Assembly: GCA_964016885.1 (NCBI GenBank) | Contig: OZ024743.1 | Span: 355,074,001-355,138,000 of the forward strand | Length of the DNA: 64,000 bases | Reading direction: 5' to 3' | Source of the DNA: Eledone cirrhosa | Taxonomy: Eukaryota | Shown: positions 42,887-56,259 of the stretch, piece after piece | How positions within the stretch are numbered: position 1 is the first letter of the stretch | How the letters are laid out: each line of letters starts with the position of its first letter | The notes under the pieces: generated by a model | Databases searched by the model: none | What the model was told of the DNA's origin: nothing | The model's input: only the letters and a program-made list of their open reading frames with translations | Program-made: the position numbers and the translations under genes

Positions 42887-43846
42887 ACGTGGGAAAGTAA
42901 AAAATCGGAGAATAGACCGTTAAAACATGTTTATTTAAAATATCACCTACGTACGTTTCGCCCAGTTGGGCTTCTCAAGGGCATAAATAATCACAAGTGT
43001 TTTCTTATATTGTTCGGAAAGAGTTTTTGGGGTTAAATCCACATCAAGGTTCATTGCTCGCAAAAATATCTTGTTTTGATTTTGCAGCAGGTCAAGGGAG
43101 GTAACTCTGGCCGGTGTTAGAGCAGTCTTTCCCGGACAAATTTTTTTTTTTTTTTTTTGCCGCATCCGTTTGTCTGAGGCTGGGTCTAGTATGCAAGGAT
43201 TGTTTCCTGGGTGTTATTTTGCAGTGCCTGCCCGCCATCACTAAAGGACTTAAACATCAGCTTCTCCACGCACTGGGAGATTGGCGGCAGGGCTGCACCG
43301 TACAACTTCAAGAGGAAATGCGATCTTTGCCTCGTGGAGCTCTACCACATCATAACTGCACCCCACGAGCTCATCAACAGCAGAGCTGAAACAGCGATAA
43401 GTTGTAAACATCGCTTAAAAATATCCTTCTTCAGATGGGTTAAGGATGAAGAGTGAAATAGTACACTGGATCTCCCTGCAACAAGTCTTAACACCCCGGC
43501 GGGCAGGCGCTGCAAAATAACACCCAGGAAACAATCCTTGCATACCAGACCCAGCCTCAAACAAACGGATGTGGCAAAAAAAAAAAAAAAAAAATTGTCC
43601 GGGAAAGACTGCCCTAACACCAGCCAGAGTTACCTCCCTTGACCTGCTGCAAAATCAAAACAAGATATTTTTGCGAGCAATGAACCTTGATGTGGATTTA
43701 ACCCCCAAAACTCTTTCCGAGCAATATAAGGAACACTTGTGATTATTTATGCCCTTGAGAAGCACAACTGGGCGAAACGTACGTACGTGATATTTTAAAT
43801 AAACATGTTTTAACGGTCTATTCTCCGATTTTTTACTTTCCCACGT
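42887..43846 (+). mobile_element. Short PLE remnant with ~350-bp inverted pLTRs (42887-43236 / 43498-43846)
   Basis: Spacer encodes PLE C-terminus LKDLNISFSTHWEIGGRAAPYNFKRKCDLCLVELYHII...LINSRAE...CKHR; arms carry a variant HHR. Confidence 0.85.
42941..42985 (-). ncRNA. Variant-core hammerhead-like motif (sister on + at 43748-43792)
   Basis: Reverse strand TATGCC-CTTGAGAA-GCCC-AACT-GGGC-GAAAC-GTAC-GTA-GGTGATA. Confidence 0.55.
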
Positions 43847-43960
43847 TATATGTATACATATATATGTATATATCATAGATTGAGTTAGAAACTCAAAATA
43901 GTCTTTTACAATTAAATAGCTCAAGGAAGGGAATCTTTCCGAGCCGTGTAATACAATTGA

Positions 43961-44665
43961 ATATATGAGAGGGATGAACACCGATACAAGTATACATGTG
44001 TTCGAATTGTAAATGACCAAGTTAATTCTTGTGAAACAGATTTTAGATCTGTCCGAGTATTAAAGGCTCATGCTCGATATAGGTTTATTATTTTTATTGA
44101 TTTATTACTTTAAATCGAGACAGGCAAACCATTTTTTAAATTAGTAATACTTCAACCTAGCTAACTTGGTCATTTACAATTTGAACACATGTATACTTGT
44201 ATTGGTGTTCATCCATCTCATATGTATATATATATATACATATATATATTTCGTTTCTGAATTTGTTTAGCAAGATTCTTTATCTGAAAACGTGTGTTAA
44301 AACCGATATTGTTATACTTTGGGAGGGTCATGTTGTCAATAAGAAACACACGCACCAGTTGCTTTCACTTCAATTTATTATAATAAATTGAAGTGAAAGC
44401 AACTAGTGCGTGTGTTTCTTATTGGCAACATGACCCTCCCAAAGTACAACAATATATATATATATATAAAGAAAAAAAGATGAAATCGAAAATGCAACTG
44501 GAGTCTCATTTTCTCACATGTGAGAAAAACCACAGCCTCTCCATCTCAACTCTACTTTTGAAAAGCAGAAGAACTGCGAAACCGGTAAAGGAACCAAATA
44601 AAAAATTTTTTTTTTTTTAAATAAGACTCCAGTTGCATTTTCGATTTCATCTTTTTTTCTTTATA
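43961..44665. repeat. Three consecutive unrelated inverted repeats: 43961-44024/44162-44227; hairpin 44307-44454; 44465-44511/44618-44665
   Basis: Arms read directly; separated by short (TA)n. Confidence 0.9.
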
Positions 44666-44726
44666 ATTTCACTCGTGTAGGACACCTCGGTTATTTTTCA
44701 TTTTGTAAAAAACCTCACTTTCTAAA

Positions 44727-44774
<48 letters not shown>

Positions 44775-45008
44775 CGAAAACATTCCTCGTAATTAATCCA
44801 CCAATCAAATCAAATTTTACTGACCAATATATGAGCGTAAGACTATTTTGTACGCCATGTATATTAATTCTATCATTACTACCACAGAGACCAAGAGCTT
44901 TTGATTCCAGAGTCGGGCTAGATCGATACAGATCGACCTTGAGCTGATCAGTAGCGAAACGCGCGTCACCAACCAATAAACGTAATAAAGAAGTAACCAT
45001 TGTTCCTT

Positions 45009-45402
45009 GTGGATTGGCAGTATTGGTAGAGGATCGGATGCCATGCTTTGAAGCATAGAGTTACCTCCCTGTATGATCTGAGTTCAAATCCCGCCGAGGT
45101 TAACTTTACTTTTCATCCTTCCGGGGTCGATAGAATAAAGTACCAGTAATGCATTGGGTAATTGCTGGCCTTGTGCCAAAAGTAGAAACAATTATTATAT
45201 ATATATACTGTATATACGGCGGTGGATTGGCAGAATCGGTAGAGTGTCGGACGCCGTGCTTTGACGCATAGAGTTACGGCCCTTGCCATTCTGAGTTCAA
45301 ATCCCTCCAAGGTTAACTTTGAATTTCATCCTTACGGGGTCGATAAAATAAAGTACAAGTAATGCACTGGGTAATTGCTGGCCTTGTGCCAAATGTAGAA
45401 AC

Positions 45403-45408
<6 letters not shown>
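45009..45408 (+). mobile_element. Two tandem main-family SINEs (45009-45197, 45218-45408)
   Basis: Same consensus. Confidence 0.88.
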
Positions 45409-45437
<29 letters not shown>

Positions 45438-45442
<5 letters not shown>

Positions 45443-47130
45443 ATAATAATAAATTTGAAGACTAAAATCCAAAGAGGGCTCGATAAGGATAAATATATAT
45501 CAAATATATAAGAACCGTAGAGCAAATATTTATTAAAATAACAGATTAAAGTTTAAGTAAAGAATCGATGCTTTCACCCTTAACGGGATCTTCTGAAACT
45601 AACAAAGTCAATCTGTAAACGCAGAACTGGATATTTCAAAAAGCGTTGCAACCGGAGGAAGACAGGAAGACGATTCTTTGGTTCGTGGAAACGTTCGCTG
45701 GCAAAGAACGGGAAAAAACGAATATAATACGTCATTAATAGGAGCGGTGAAAAACAATTACACGCAAAGACAGGACCACGTTTATGGTATAAAAGAGGTC
45801 GTAGACTAATGTTCTCTTAGGTGGTGCATAGAGACGTTCTCTGGCAATGAACGGAAACAAGGAAGATAATACGTCACATGTGGACCGTGGAGAACAATAG
45901 CACGCAAAGACAAAACCACGTAAATGGTATAGCAGAAGTCGTAGACTAAAATTCTAACTAGGAAACCGAATGATTCTCCGCTTCAGAGTTAAGAATAAAG
46001 TAAATAAAATACAATACAGAGGTAATTGAAAAGAAATAAATACATACACGCGTCCAAATACGTACATACACAAGCATACGCGAAAACACTTGCCATAGGT
46101 ATACAAAACCACGCACATATAAATATGTGTGTGTGTGTGCGTGTATATAAATTAATAAATAATTAAATAAACGTATATAAATAAATAAATACGTATATAA
46201 CAAGCGCACACACACATACATACATGTAAATACAAAAATGTTCCGAGACGTACGTCAACCAAAACATGAAGTACACATATACATACACCCAACATACGTA
46301 CAAACGCGCATACTCACACAGACGCAAAACTCCCGTATACACATAACCAAAAGCATATGTACCAGAATATATAAAAATATACGCCATAACATATCCAATC
46401 AAATATACGTACCTTCACAAAACATACAGGTAATATATACTCACCTATGCAAATAAGTAATTGTATAAATATAACATATACTTAGCTACCACATCAAGAC
46501 GTAAAATATCCACGTATAGATCGTACTATCCGTTAGGGTATAATGTGGGGCTGTAATACAGGAAAGTTTTGTGCAATTTATGTTTACAAGCCGAAATTGC
46601 CTCACTTTTTTGTTTAAGATGTAGTCTGTGGCGTAGAGTATTTCCAGGGCCTCAGTGGCGCAGAGGTCACATGGTCTTTTATTTCCGTTATACGATCTAG
46701 CCCTAGCTAGGATCTCCCAGTGTAACTTATATTGCGTGTGGTTTTCTTTTAGACTCCAGATTCTTTGCTTAAACTTTAATCTGTTATTTTAATAAATATA
46801 TATATATATATACATTTATTAAAATAACAGATTAAAGTTTAAGCAAAGAATCGATGCTTTCACCCTTAACGGGATCTTCTGAAACTAACAAAGTCAATCT
46901 GTAAACGCAGAACTGGATATTTCAAAAAACGTTGCAACCGGAGGAAGACAGGAAGACGATACTTTGGTTCGTGGAACCGTTCGCTGGCAAGGGTGAAAGC
47001 AGCGATTCTTTGCTTAAACTTTAATCTGTTATTTTAATAAATATTTGCTCTACGGTTCTTATATATTTGATATATATTTATCCTTATCGAGCCCTCTTTG
47101 GATTTTAGTCTTCAAATTTATTATTATTAC

Positions 47131-47132
<2 letters not shown>
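45438..47132. mobile_element. Non-coding fold-back element, ~143-bp terminal inverted repeats (45438-45580 / 46990-47132), internal direct repeat (45527-45704 / 46815-46990) and hairpin 46760-46850
   Basis: Repeats read directly; (TA)n on both sides. Confidence 0.78.
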
Positions 47133-47161
<29 letters not shown>

Positions 47162-47288
47162 TAGGCCTGACAGTCATTCTTTTGGAAGGTCACGTGATGC
47201 TGCTGCTGTCTTGGACTGCTACGTTTAGTCACAGATAATGTCGCGAACGGACCTCCTCAGTGGAGGTATGTCGCATATCAAATCTTAT

Positions 47289-47349
47289 ATTTTGTCTGAT
47301 GAAAACGTACTTAAACATCATTGTACCTTTGCAACATGTATAATAATAT
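47289..47349 (+). ncRNA. Decayed hammerhead motif (GCAA for GAAA)
   Basis: ATTTTGT-CTGATGA-AAA-C-GTAC...GTAC-C-TTT-GCAA-C-ATGT-A-TA-ATAATAT. Confidence 0.5.
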
Positions 47350-47415
47350 ATATATTTTGATTATGAGAATATTTCTCATTTATTAATATTCTGAATAATA
47401 TATATATATATATAC

Positions 47416-47502
<87 letters not shown>

Positions 47503-47571
47503 TTTTGACAGGCTGAAAGATTTGGAGTCCAGAACCCAACGAAACTTAAGTACCTGTTTATGTCACTGTTG

Positions 47572-47669
<98 letters not shown>

Positions 47670-48440
47670 TGTGTGTGTGGGGGGGGGGGGGGTTAGTGTG
47701 AGTGATGAAAAGGAGGAAGAAATGAGGATGAATATGAGAAAGAATAAACTAGCGGAGAAGATAAAGTTCGCAGGAAAACTAAATGGGAGATGTAAAAAAT
47801 ATATAAGTGAAAAGGTTGTACAATAACTGATGGGAAAGCAGTGAGGTGGAGTAAGAGATAAAGAAATTTAGAGGAGATAAATGATAGGTATGAAAGAAAA
47901 TAGGTAAAGTGTGAAAGAGATGGGAGTGGTAAAAAAAGGAGAACAATTGAAGGAAAGTGTTGGAGGGGAGGGGGGGGGGTATGTATTGTTAAAGCGTTAG
48001 GAAGGAAGACCCCTGAATCACCTCATTGTCACGTCTTTGATTTATCGGTCAGTAGATAATATATTGTGTAGACGATACAAAGCTATATTATATACACATA
48101 CAGATATAATAACATGCACAATGCACACACATACCTCACGCACACGCATATATATCCCCCCCCCCCACCGCCTCAATTCGGTTTGTTTACTTCGTTTTTT
48201 CCTCTTTCCTTTTTCCTTTTTCTTCCTCTCTCTTCACTATTTTTTCTTTTCTTCCTCTCATGGCCTATTGATCGATAAAAGTCCTTGGGTGCACTGCTGA
48301 TCGATTTCGATGTCCTGTTTTAAGAGCCGAAGCATCGATGATCGCGGTTAACAGCTGATGAAGGGGTTCTTCTCTTGTTTCGTCCATATTACTATCTTAA
48401 ACTTTGTTTACAGTAGCGATACAGCTCGCTACGTTTCTTG

Positions 48441-48527
<87 letters not shown>

Positions 48528-48539
48528 GGGGAGAGAGAG

Positions 48540-48604
48540 AGAATTCACAAGAATCAAAGCTATGTTCAAAGCATTTGAACATAGCTTTGATTCTTGTGAA
48601 TTCT
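48540..48604. repeat. Perfect hairpin, 31-bp arms, 3-nt loop
   Basis: AGAATTCACAAGAATCAAAGCTATGTTCAAA-GCA-TTTGAACATAGCTTTGATTCTTGTGAATTCT. Confidence 0.95.
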
Positions 48605-48760
48605 ATATAACTGCTCTGTAGAACAACTGGTGTTATTACATTGAGCTATTTATCTTACTGGTAATAAGGTAGTAACAAATTACTGACTTTCACCGTTTAG
48701 GGTTTAAAATATATGTAACTATAAAAAGTTTTAGTATATACATAACCATAAATATTATCC

Positions 48761-48796
<36 letters not shown>

Positions 48797-48942
48797 TTTT
48801 GAGTGTATGTTGGTTGTATATCAACACCTCAGTATGCAGGCTGGAGCACTCGACGAAGTGCGCAGGTTGGTTTGGTTACTCCGGAGTAGTGTAAAATAAA
48901 GTTAAATAAAAGTCAAATGATTAAAATTTAGCTTCGTTTATT

Positions 48943-48997
48943 ACTGCTATATATATTTCAGTGACAGCCATCTTTGACTGTGACCTCTTCAGGCAGT
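48943..48997 (-). ncRNA. Type I hammerhead ribozyme (family C)
   Basis: Reverse complement of the 51635-51689 motif, one stem II substitution. Confidence 0.85.
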
Positions 48998-51634
48998 TTG
49001 AATTAGTATGGTATAGAAAAGTACATATGTTGTTTAGGTGTATGATATTGTCAATACTCTGATATGCCCAGTTCCTTGTTGGGTTGTTAATTCCAGCCTG
49101 TCCGCAAGTAAGGAAATATTCAACAACCACGCGGAATATTACAACGCAGCTCTAAAGAAGGCGGCACATGGACAAAATATAACATATAGTCCGAAAAGCC
49201 GGGAGGTGGATAGCCCAACAGACACCCACAACCGCGTTACCAGAGGGGGGAGGGCGAACCCTAACAATACAGGCAGAGCAAAATCAAATAGGCACCATGT
49301 ACCAGACACCACCACACGGGCGGTGGGGACTAGTGCGCTTGACCACGAGATGGAGCACAATATGAGTAGCAGTCTCAGGCGTGATGCTAACTACTCTAGG
49401 ACGGACAACCCCAACCGCAGGACACGTGGGGGGGGGGGAACGGGCGACCACCCCACGATGGATCTTCCGGGGCAGACAACAACCACCCCACAAATCCGGG
49501 CCGTGAAGATAACAGAAAGTATAGAGCCCAAAAGGGAAGCAACAGTGCGGAAACCACCAGCAAACCAACAAATCTCCAACAAATCACGAAGCCCCCAACC
49601 CACACATATAGGAGGAGACACCGACAAATCACGTGGTACAACCCACCCTACTCAGCGGCCCTAAAGAAAAGCTTGGCCCGATTGTTCTTTGGAGCACTTG
49701 ACAAATGCTTCCCGAGGGACCACAGATACCACAGGATCTTCAACAGACACACTGTGAAGCTTTCGTATTCCACCACGAGAAATTTGGCCCAACACATAGC
49801 TAGCATCAACAGAAGTAGGCTTAAAAACCACACACAACCAGAAGATGGCAATACAAACACTCAGCAGAACCATGTGAAAGGAGGGAAGGGGGGACCCAGA
49901 GCCCACCCAAGAAACACAAACAGACTCAAGGACCCCCCACCGAGCATGGGGGAAGACCAACATGTAACACATAATGAGAACCCTAATCTAAGCACGCAGA
50001 GGCCGCCCACCCTCTGCAACTGTAGAAACCCCGAATCATGCCCCCTTGGTAATGAATGTCTCAAGAAGAACATAGTGGACGGTTGTAGGGTTAAAACCCC
50101 CAACTCCGAACACCTCTACATAGGAGCCACATCAACGAGCTTTAAGGACCGCTGGTACAACCATCGCCATTCATTCAAGAAGGAGGCCAAAAGGAAAAGC
50201 ACAGCTCTCTTCGACCTGATCTGGAAGCTTAAGCTGGACAGGACCCCATACTCTCTGGCCTGGTACATAATCAGGAAAGTACCACCCGATAAAGGGGGGA
50301 TCTTGCATATGCAAACTATGCCTGAACGAGACCCTCGAGATACTAAGAGGTGGAAGCGGCCTGATAAACCTCAGAACCGACTTCTTCGGGACATGCAGAC
50401 ACCTTAGAGCCGGGACCTTTCTCAAAATATATGGACAGTAGCAACACAAGAAGATGTGAACTCCCCTCAAGCTATAGGGACTTCTACAGAACATGAAAAC
50501 ACCTCTCGGCCAGACCTCCCTCAAGCTATATGGACAATTACAACACCCTAGGTTGTGAACTCCCCTCAAGCCATAGGGAACAACCCAGGCGGAGCAGACA
50601 CCATGATAGCCTAGAGACAGAATCGGACACAGCCATAATAATCTGGCCAACATCTATAACACAAACACTTTTAATTTACCAGATTTCTGACTTTAAAGTT
50701 CCAATCTTAAATCTTGATTTCTCTATATTAATTTGTTATTTGTTTTCTGCCCTCTTCACTGTATAACCTTATATTTATATTTATTTTAAGTTGAGATAGA
50801 TTATAACACAAACACATTGAATATCTCATCTTAACATCTTGTATCATACCAATCTATCCAACATATTCTGACCTTGAGATTGGTTATAGCACACACACAC
50901 ACACACTTTATCCTACATTATTTCTCACTTCTCCATATACATTATCATTACTTTTTCACCAATCTCTCATTTACTCTTTATTCTTTATTCTCTATTTATT
51001 TATTTATTTTCAAATTACACAAATTATATTAATTATTTTATTTTATTATATTATTTATTTATCTTCTGTTTTCTTCATTTATTGCCTTATATTTCTTCAT
51101 ATACATGAAATAACCCCCCCGCCCCCGCCACCACCACTACGATGGTGGCGGGTGGGATGAAGAGAAAACACAAACTGAATACTTCTAAATTGTTAGCAGC
51201 AGCAAGATATAAGCTGACCACTACAACAACAACAGTACCAAAATAATGGTGGAGGTCAAATGTACTGAACAATAGCAGGCATAAACACTACAGGGAGCCT
51301 CACCCCAGAAAGAATTCTATAGACTTCTGACTGAGGAATGCTCTCAGAACTGAACAATGGGAAGTTTGACACATTTTTTGATATTTTGTTCCTTCAACAC
51401 CTTGTCCCTTCTACCATTTTATCAATTTTTAAGCTAACTCCAACAATGACAACACTAATAACTGACCAATGAGAGGAGAAGGGGACCTGTGACACTAAAA
51501 TTCGTTTGTTTGAATTCATATGACTCCAGTTCCCCAGTGAATTAACAACCCAACAAGGAACTGGGCATATCAGAGTATTGACAATATCATACACCTAAAC
51601 AACATATGTACTTGTCTATACCATACTAATTCAA

Positions 51635-51689
51635 ACTGCCTGAAGAGGTCACAGCCAAAGATGGCTGTCACTGAAATATATATAGCAGT
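51635..51689 (+). ncRNA. Type I hammerhead ribozyme (family C)
   Basis: ACTGC-CTGAAGA-GGT-C-ACAGCCA-AAGA-TGGCTGT-C-ACT-GAAA-T-ATAT-A-TA-GCAGT; all core bases canonical; cleavage after A51684. Confidence 0.88.
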
Positions 51690-51733
51690 AATAAACGAAG
51701 CTAAATTTTAATCATTTGACTTTTATTTAACTT

Positions 51734-51822
<89 letters not shown>

Positions 51823-52018
51823 TGTGTGTGTGTGTGTGTATGTATCCGCATGTGTTTGACGAGAAACGAATACTCAATACCGAAGTAGAGATTAAATATT
51901 CATTTTATTAAGGTTAAATAATATCTTGTTCCTCTGGACCTTCACTTGCTTCGAAAGCAGGTGAAGGTCCAGAATAACTAGACTCATTATTTAGCCTACC
52001 CCCCCCCCCCCACCCCCC

Positions 52019-52063
<45 letters not shown>

Positions 52064-52244
52064 CAAAGAGGAAGTGGTAACATACCAAGTGGACCATGAC
52101 GCACCAGCGTACTCAATACTGAGCTCTGGCCGTTTCGACATCTAGCTGTCGAAACGACCGGAGCTGAGCCGTCGGGGTCCTGACTCTTTTCCTATATATA
52201 TATATATATATAATGGTGTCTGATTTTATATATATATATGTATA

Positions 52245-52653
52245 TAATCGTTTCTACTTTTGGCACAAGGCCAGCAATTATCCAATACATTACTGGTACT
52301 TTATTTTATTGACCCCGTAATGATGAAAGGCAAAGTTAACCTCGGCGGGATTTGAACTCAGATCGTAAAGGGACGTAACTATGCTGGAAAGCATGTCTGA
52401 CCCTCTACCGATACTGCCAATTCACCGCCCTTGTATATGTATATAATGGTGTCTGATTTAGACACAACACCAGCAATTTGGGGAGATGTGAAAGTCGATA
52501 AAATCGGCCCCAATACATAACTGTTAATTTATTGTATCGACCCCGTAAGGATGAAATGCAAAGTTAACCTCGGTGGGATTTGAACTCATAACGTAAAAAG
52601 ACGTAACTCTATGCTGCAAAGCATGGTGTCCGAAGCTCTACCGATACTGCCAA
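52245..52653 (-). mobile_element. Two tandem SINEs (52245-52430, 52445-52653)
   Basis: Same consensus. Confidence 0.85.
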
Positions 52654-52871
52654 ATGTGCTGTTATTATACTTAGAAAAAATAGACCAATATTCAAAATTA
52701 TCCCAATGCATGATCTGTGCATGGACATAGCAGCCGAGTATAAATATTGTATCAATATATTACTACTGTTCTATACAACCGTTTTAATCTTGCACAATAT
52801 ATGATTAGCATATTTGTTTGAATATATCTTAAGTGGAACAAACATCGTGAAGGACGCTACATTATGTATAC

Positions 52872-53250
52872 CAGATCTTCTCAAACTTTTTGGGCCACCT
52901 TCACGGCCACGTATTACTCTCAGCGGCCCCCAAACTTATTTCCAGAGAGAGTGAGTGAGAGAGAAAGAGAGAGAGGGAGAGAGAGAAAGAGAGAGAGCGA
53001 AAGAGAGAGCGATAGAGCTGCCTATACTCAAATTGTAAATAATATATAATCAATAAAATCGTTAATTTATATATAATAAATATAATATATACTAAGAATA
53101 AATAAATATAATATATTTTTTTATTTTACTATATCTATATATCATATGTATCATTTGATATTTAATATACTATTTTATAATCTCTACCACCACTCCCTTA
53201 GGCCACAACTCCCCCAGGAGCGAGGAAGCGCCCACTTTGAGAACCTCCAA
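52872..53250. mobile_element. Possible hAT/Charlie-like MITE remnant
   Basis: Ends CAGATCTTCTCAAACTTTT... and ...CCCACTTTGAGAACC; TSD not seen. Confidence 0.35.
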
Positions 53251-53764
53251 TGTACACAGATTTACGAGACTATCAGTATCATCCTTAACATTCTCTAAAA
53301 CTCAATAACAATCACATTGGTCTATGTTTTTATTAATACATCTCATTCGTAAAAGCAGCAGTGGTGTTCCATCAATGAGCATACTATGTCGTATGTAAAT
53401 GGGATACATTTTTTTTCATTTTATTTTGATATTCGTTGGAAGTTTTGTTTTAGTGAGAAATTATTGATATTATTTTCAGATGACAACCGATTAAATGAAC
53501 AACCAGAAATGTTATGTGACGAGGAACATACTTCGAAGTTCTTAATTCGTAATTATGTACATTTTAATGGTTTATTGAAGCAGCAATATAAAACTAAATA
53601 TATGGTTTATTGAATTAATAAAATCTACAAAAATTGGAATAATATATTTTTTTATCTCTGCCTTTAAAGACACTTAATCGTTATAATTATTGTTACGCTT
53701 TCATTATTTTTTACACACGCGTAGTCGAACCGCACTCACGCACACCCTTATGTATATGTAAGTA

Positions 53765-53871
<107 letters not shown>

Positions 53872-54109
53872 GTATATATATGAAGCATTCTTATTCTTAT
53901 TGTCCTATTTTCACATATGCAAAAAATTGTAGATTATACGTCATTGTTAATATCTCTCATGTATATTGTATGTGTGTATGCAAATATATATGAAAAGGTA
54001 TGTGTACTTATAGTAGAAATTGCATTCACCTCTCCCTTTTTAAATACCCGCTCTCTTTCCCCTCTCTCTTTGTCTTAAACCTCTCTCTTAGATAAATGTT
54101 TCTTTTAAA

Positions 54110-54303
54110 TATAATTGTATCTACTTTTGGCACAAGGACCAGCTTATTATCCCAGTGTATTACTGGTACTTTATTTTATCGACCCCGTAAGGATGAAAGG
54201 CAAAGTTAACCTCGGCGGGATTTGAACTCAGACCATAAAGGGCGGTAACTCTTTACTGCAAAGCATAGCGTCTGACCCTCTACCGATACTGCCAACCCAC
54301 GCC
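54110..54303 (-). mobile_element. tRNA-derived SINE (main family); head-only fragment on + at 54785-54845
   Basis: Same consensus. Confidence 0.88.
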
Positions 54304-54959
54304 CTTTCTTTTTAAATAATGCTAATGTTTCCAGCTACCCACAAAATTCATCCAACAAATTTCCCCCATCAAGATGTGTTAACAGTCTTCATTTTATATT
54401 TATAGTGTCATTATAATTATAATAACAATTAGAACAATAATGTTTTTGTTAATAGTTTACATATTGTATTTTCCTATAAAAGCACACAACCACAATTCCT
54501 TTACTAAATAGTTTATTTTAACCTACATTTTTGTTTACATTCCAGTCATGCAAAGTCTGCTCCCATATTTAGTATTTAGTTATCCATCATGTCAACTTCA
54601 CATGATGGTATTTACCCATAAATCAGCAGCCTGATTTGGGTAATTAACCACTCCCTCAGAGCCTTTAATTTTGGCTACTGTCATTTCTTTGCCTCCCTAT
54701 GTCTCCCTCGTTTCCTCCGCTGTCTCTCTTTCCACCTTCTCTCTATTGCTTTTTTATTTCCACTCTATTTCTTCAACACTATTGAATTGGCAGTATCGGT
54801 AGAGGGTGGGACGCCATGCTTTCCAGCATAGTTACGTCCCTTTACTAATTTCAGATTTTAAATCAATTCCTCTTTTTTACGAGAATTAATTATTACTACA
54901 GGTGTAATATTAATTATGTGAAGCAATTTCTTAGCATAGAATATTAAGGATATTAGCCA

Positions 54960-55430
54960 ATATTTAACTGTCTGTTATTCATGCAGAATACGCTCCAGGG
55001 ATATTTCCACCAGTTATTAGAAACACTACCTAAAACCTTAGAGATATCGCTTCTCGACAACGTTTTCCTGCAGTCACTGGAATACAGATCTCCCACCCAC
55101 TTCGGGGTGGATGACGTGAGAGATGTTTTCTCTTGTGAGAATGCGTATAGCTTTCATTATGTAAAATTTCCCGTTTTGAGGAACTTTTTTAATGGTAATC
55201 CCCGTTTGTTTTTTTTAGGTTGGAAGGTCTGGGAATATATTACACCGTATAGGTTTTATCAGATACGAAGACTTTATGAATAACATGAGCACATCCTCTC
55301 TCTTTTGATTATACTATGAAAAATATAAAAACAAAGGACGCTGAATAGCTGCTAGGTGATCGTAAATAAGATAAATGCTAGTAAAGTAATGATTTCCGAC
55401 TCAGTCGTATCAATACGTTCATTAAAAATT
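54960..55430 (-). mobile_element. Highly decayed mariner transposase remnant
   Basis: Reverse reading VIHKVFVSDKT resembles the mariner HxEFVPxGxTVN region; many stops. Confidence 0.35.
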
Positions 55431-55444
55431 AGTATTATCAATAA

Positions 55445-55634
55445 TTGTTTCTACTTTTGGCACAAGGCCAGCAAATACCCAGTGCATTACTGGTACTTTA
55501 CTTTATCGACCCCGTAAAGATGAAAGGCAAAGTTAACCTCGGCGGAATTTGAACTCAGATCATAAAGGGCATTAACTCTTTGATGCAAAGCATGGCGTCC
55601 GACTCTCTACCGATACTGCCAATCCACCGCCATC
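55445..55634 (-). mobile_element. Main-family SINE with 14-bp TSD
   Basis: AGTATTATCAATAA at 55431-55444 and 55635-55648. Confidence 0.92.
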
Positions 55635-56259
55635 AGTATTATCAATAAAAACGGAACAATACTACTGAAATCTTAACCAATTTTACATGCACACACCCGA
55701 TAGGAGTTATGAGTATATTGAATATACAATAGGGCAACTCCAACTAAGAATCGACAACATTCAGCCTTTCAATCATTTCATCAAAATAAAATATCAAAAT
55801 ATGTCTTGCATTTAATTACGTTGATTGAACCATTTAATAAGCTTTTTGTCATAAACAGGCGTATATTTTCAAACATAATGGAAAATCAAAGGCGAGGGAT
55901 AAAAAACAACAACAACCAGTGCGCTAATAGACTTCTGCTTATGTTAATTATGCAGCAGAATTCACCGTATCAAATTAGGTGTTTGTCCAAATTTAGTTCT
56001 CTTCATGCTTGTCTATGCATATTAACGAATACAAAGAAATATATTAACCACTGAAGCTAAAGAGAAACAGTTATAAAAAGAATGTATGTACACATACATA
56101 CATACACGCGCACACATACACGCACACATATACACAAGTACATACATATAACACATATATATTTATGTATGCTTGTATATATGTATATATACAAATATTT
56201 ATACATGCCCACCTACATATATATACATATATACGTATATATATATATATATGTATATA

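Larger units (their letters stand above)
48797..51738 (+). mobile_element. 5'-truncated Penelope-like element (Naiad-like) with inverted 5' pLTR and 3' pLTR (family C)
   Basis: ORF ~49093-50440: YYNAALKKA, WYNPPYS, FGALDKCFP...IFNRHTVKLSYS, CNCRNPESCPLGNECL, YIGATSTSFKDRWYNHRHSF, CKLCLNE...CRH; ~48897-49092 is the reverse complement of ~51540-51737. Confidence 0.92.

Noticed and set aside
50455-50580. Short spaced repeats resembling a CRISPR-like array
   Set aside because: Only three degenerate units in a PLE 3' region; eukaryotic context; no cas genes
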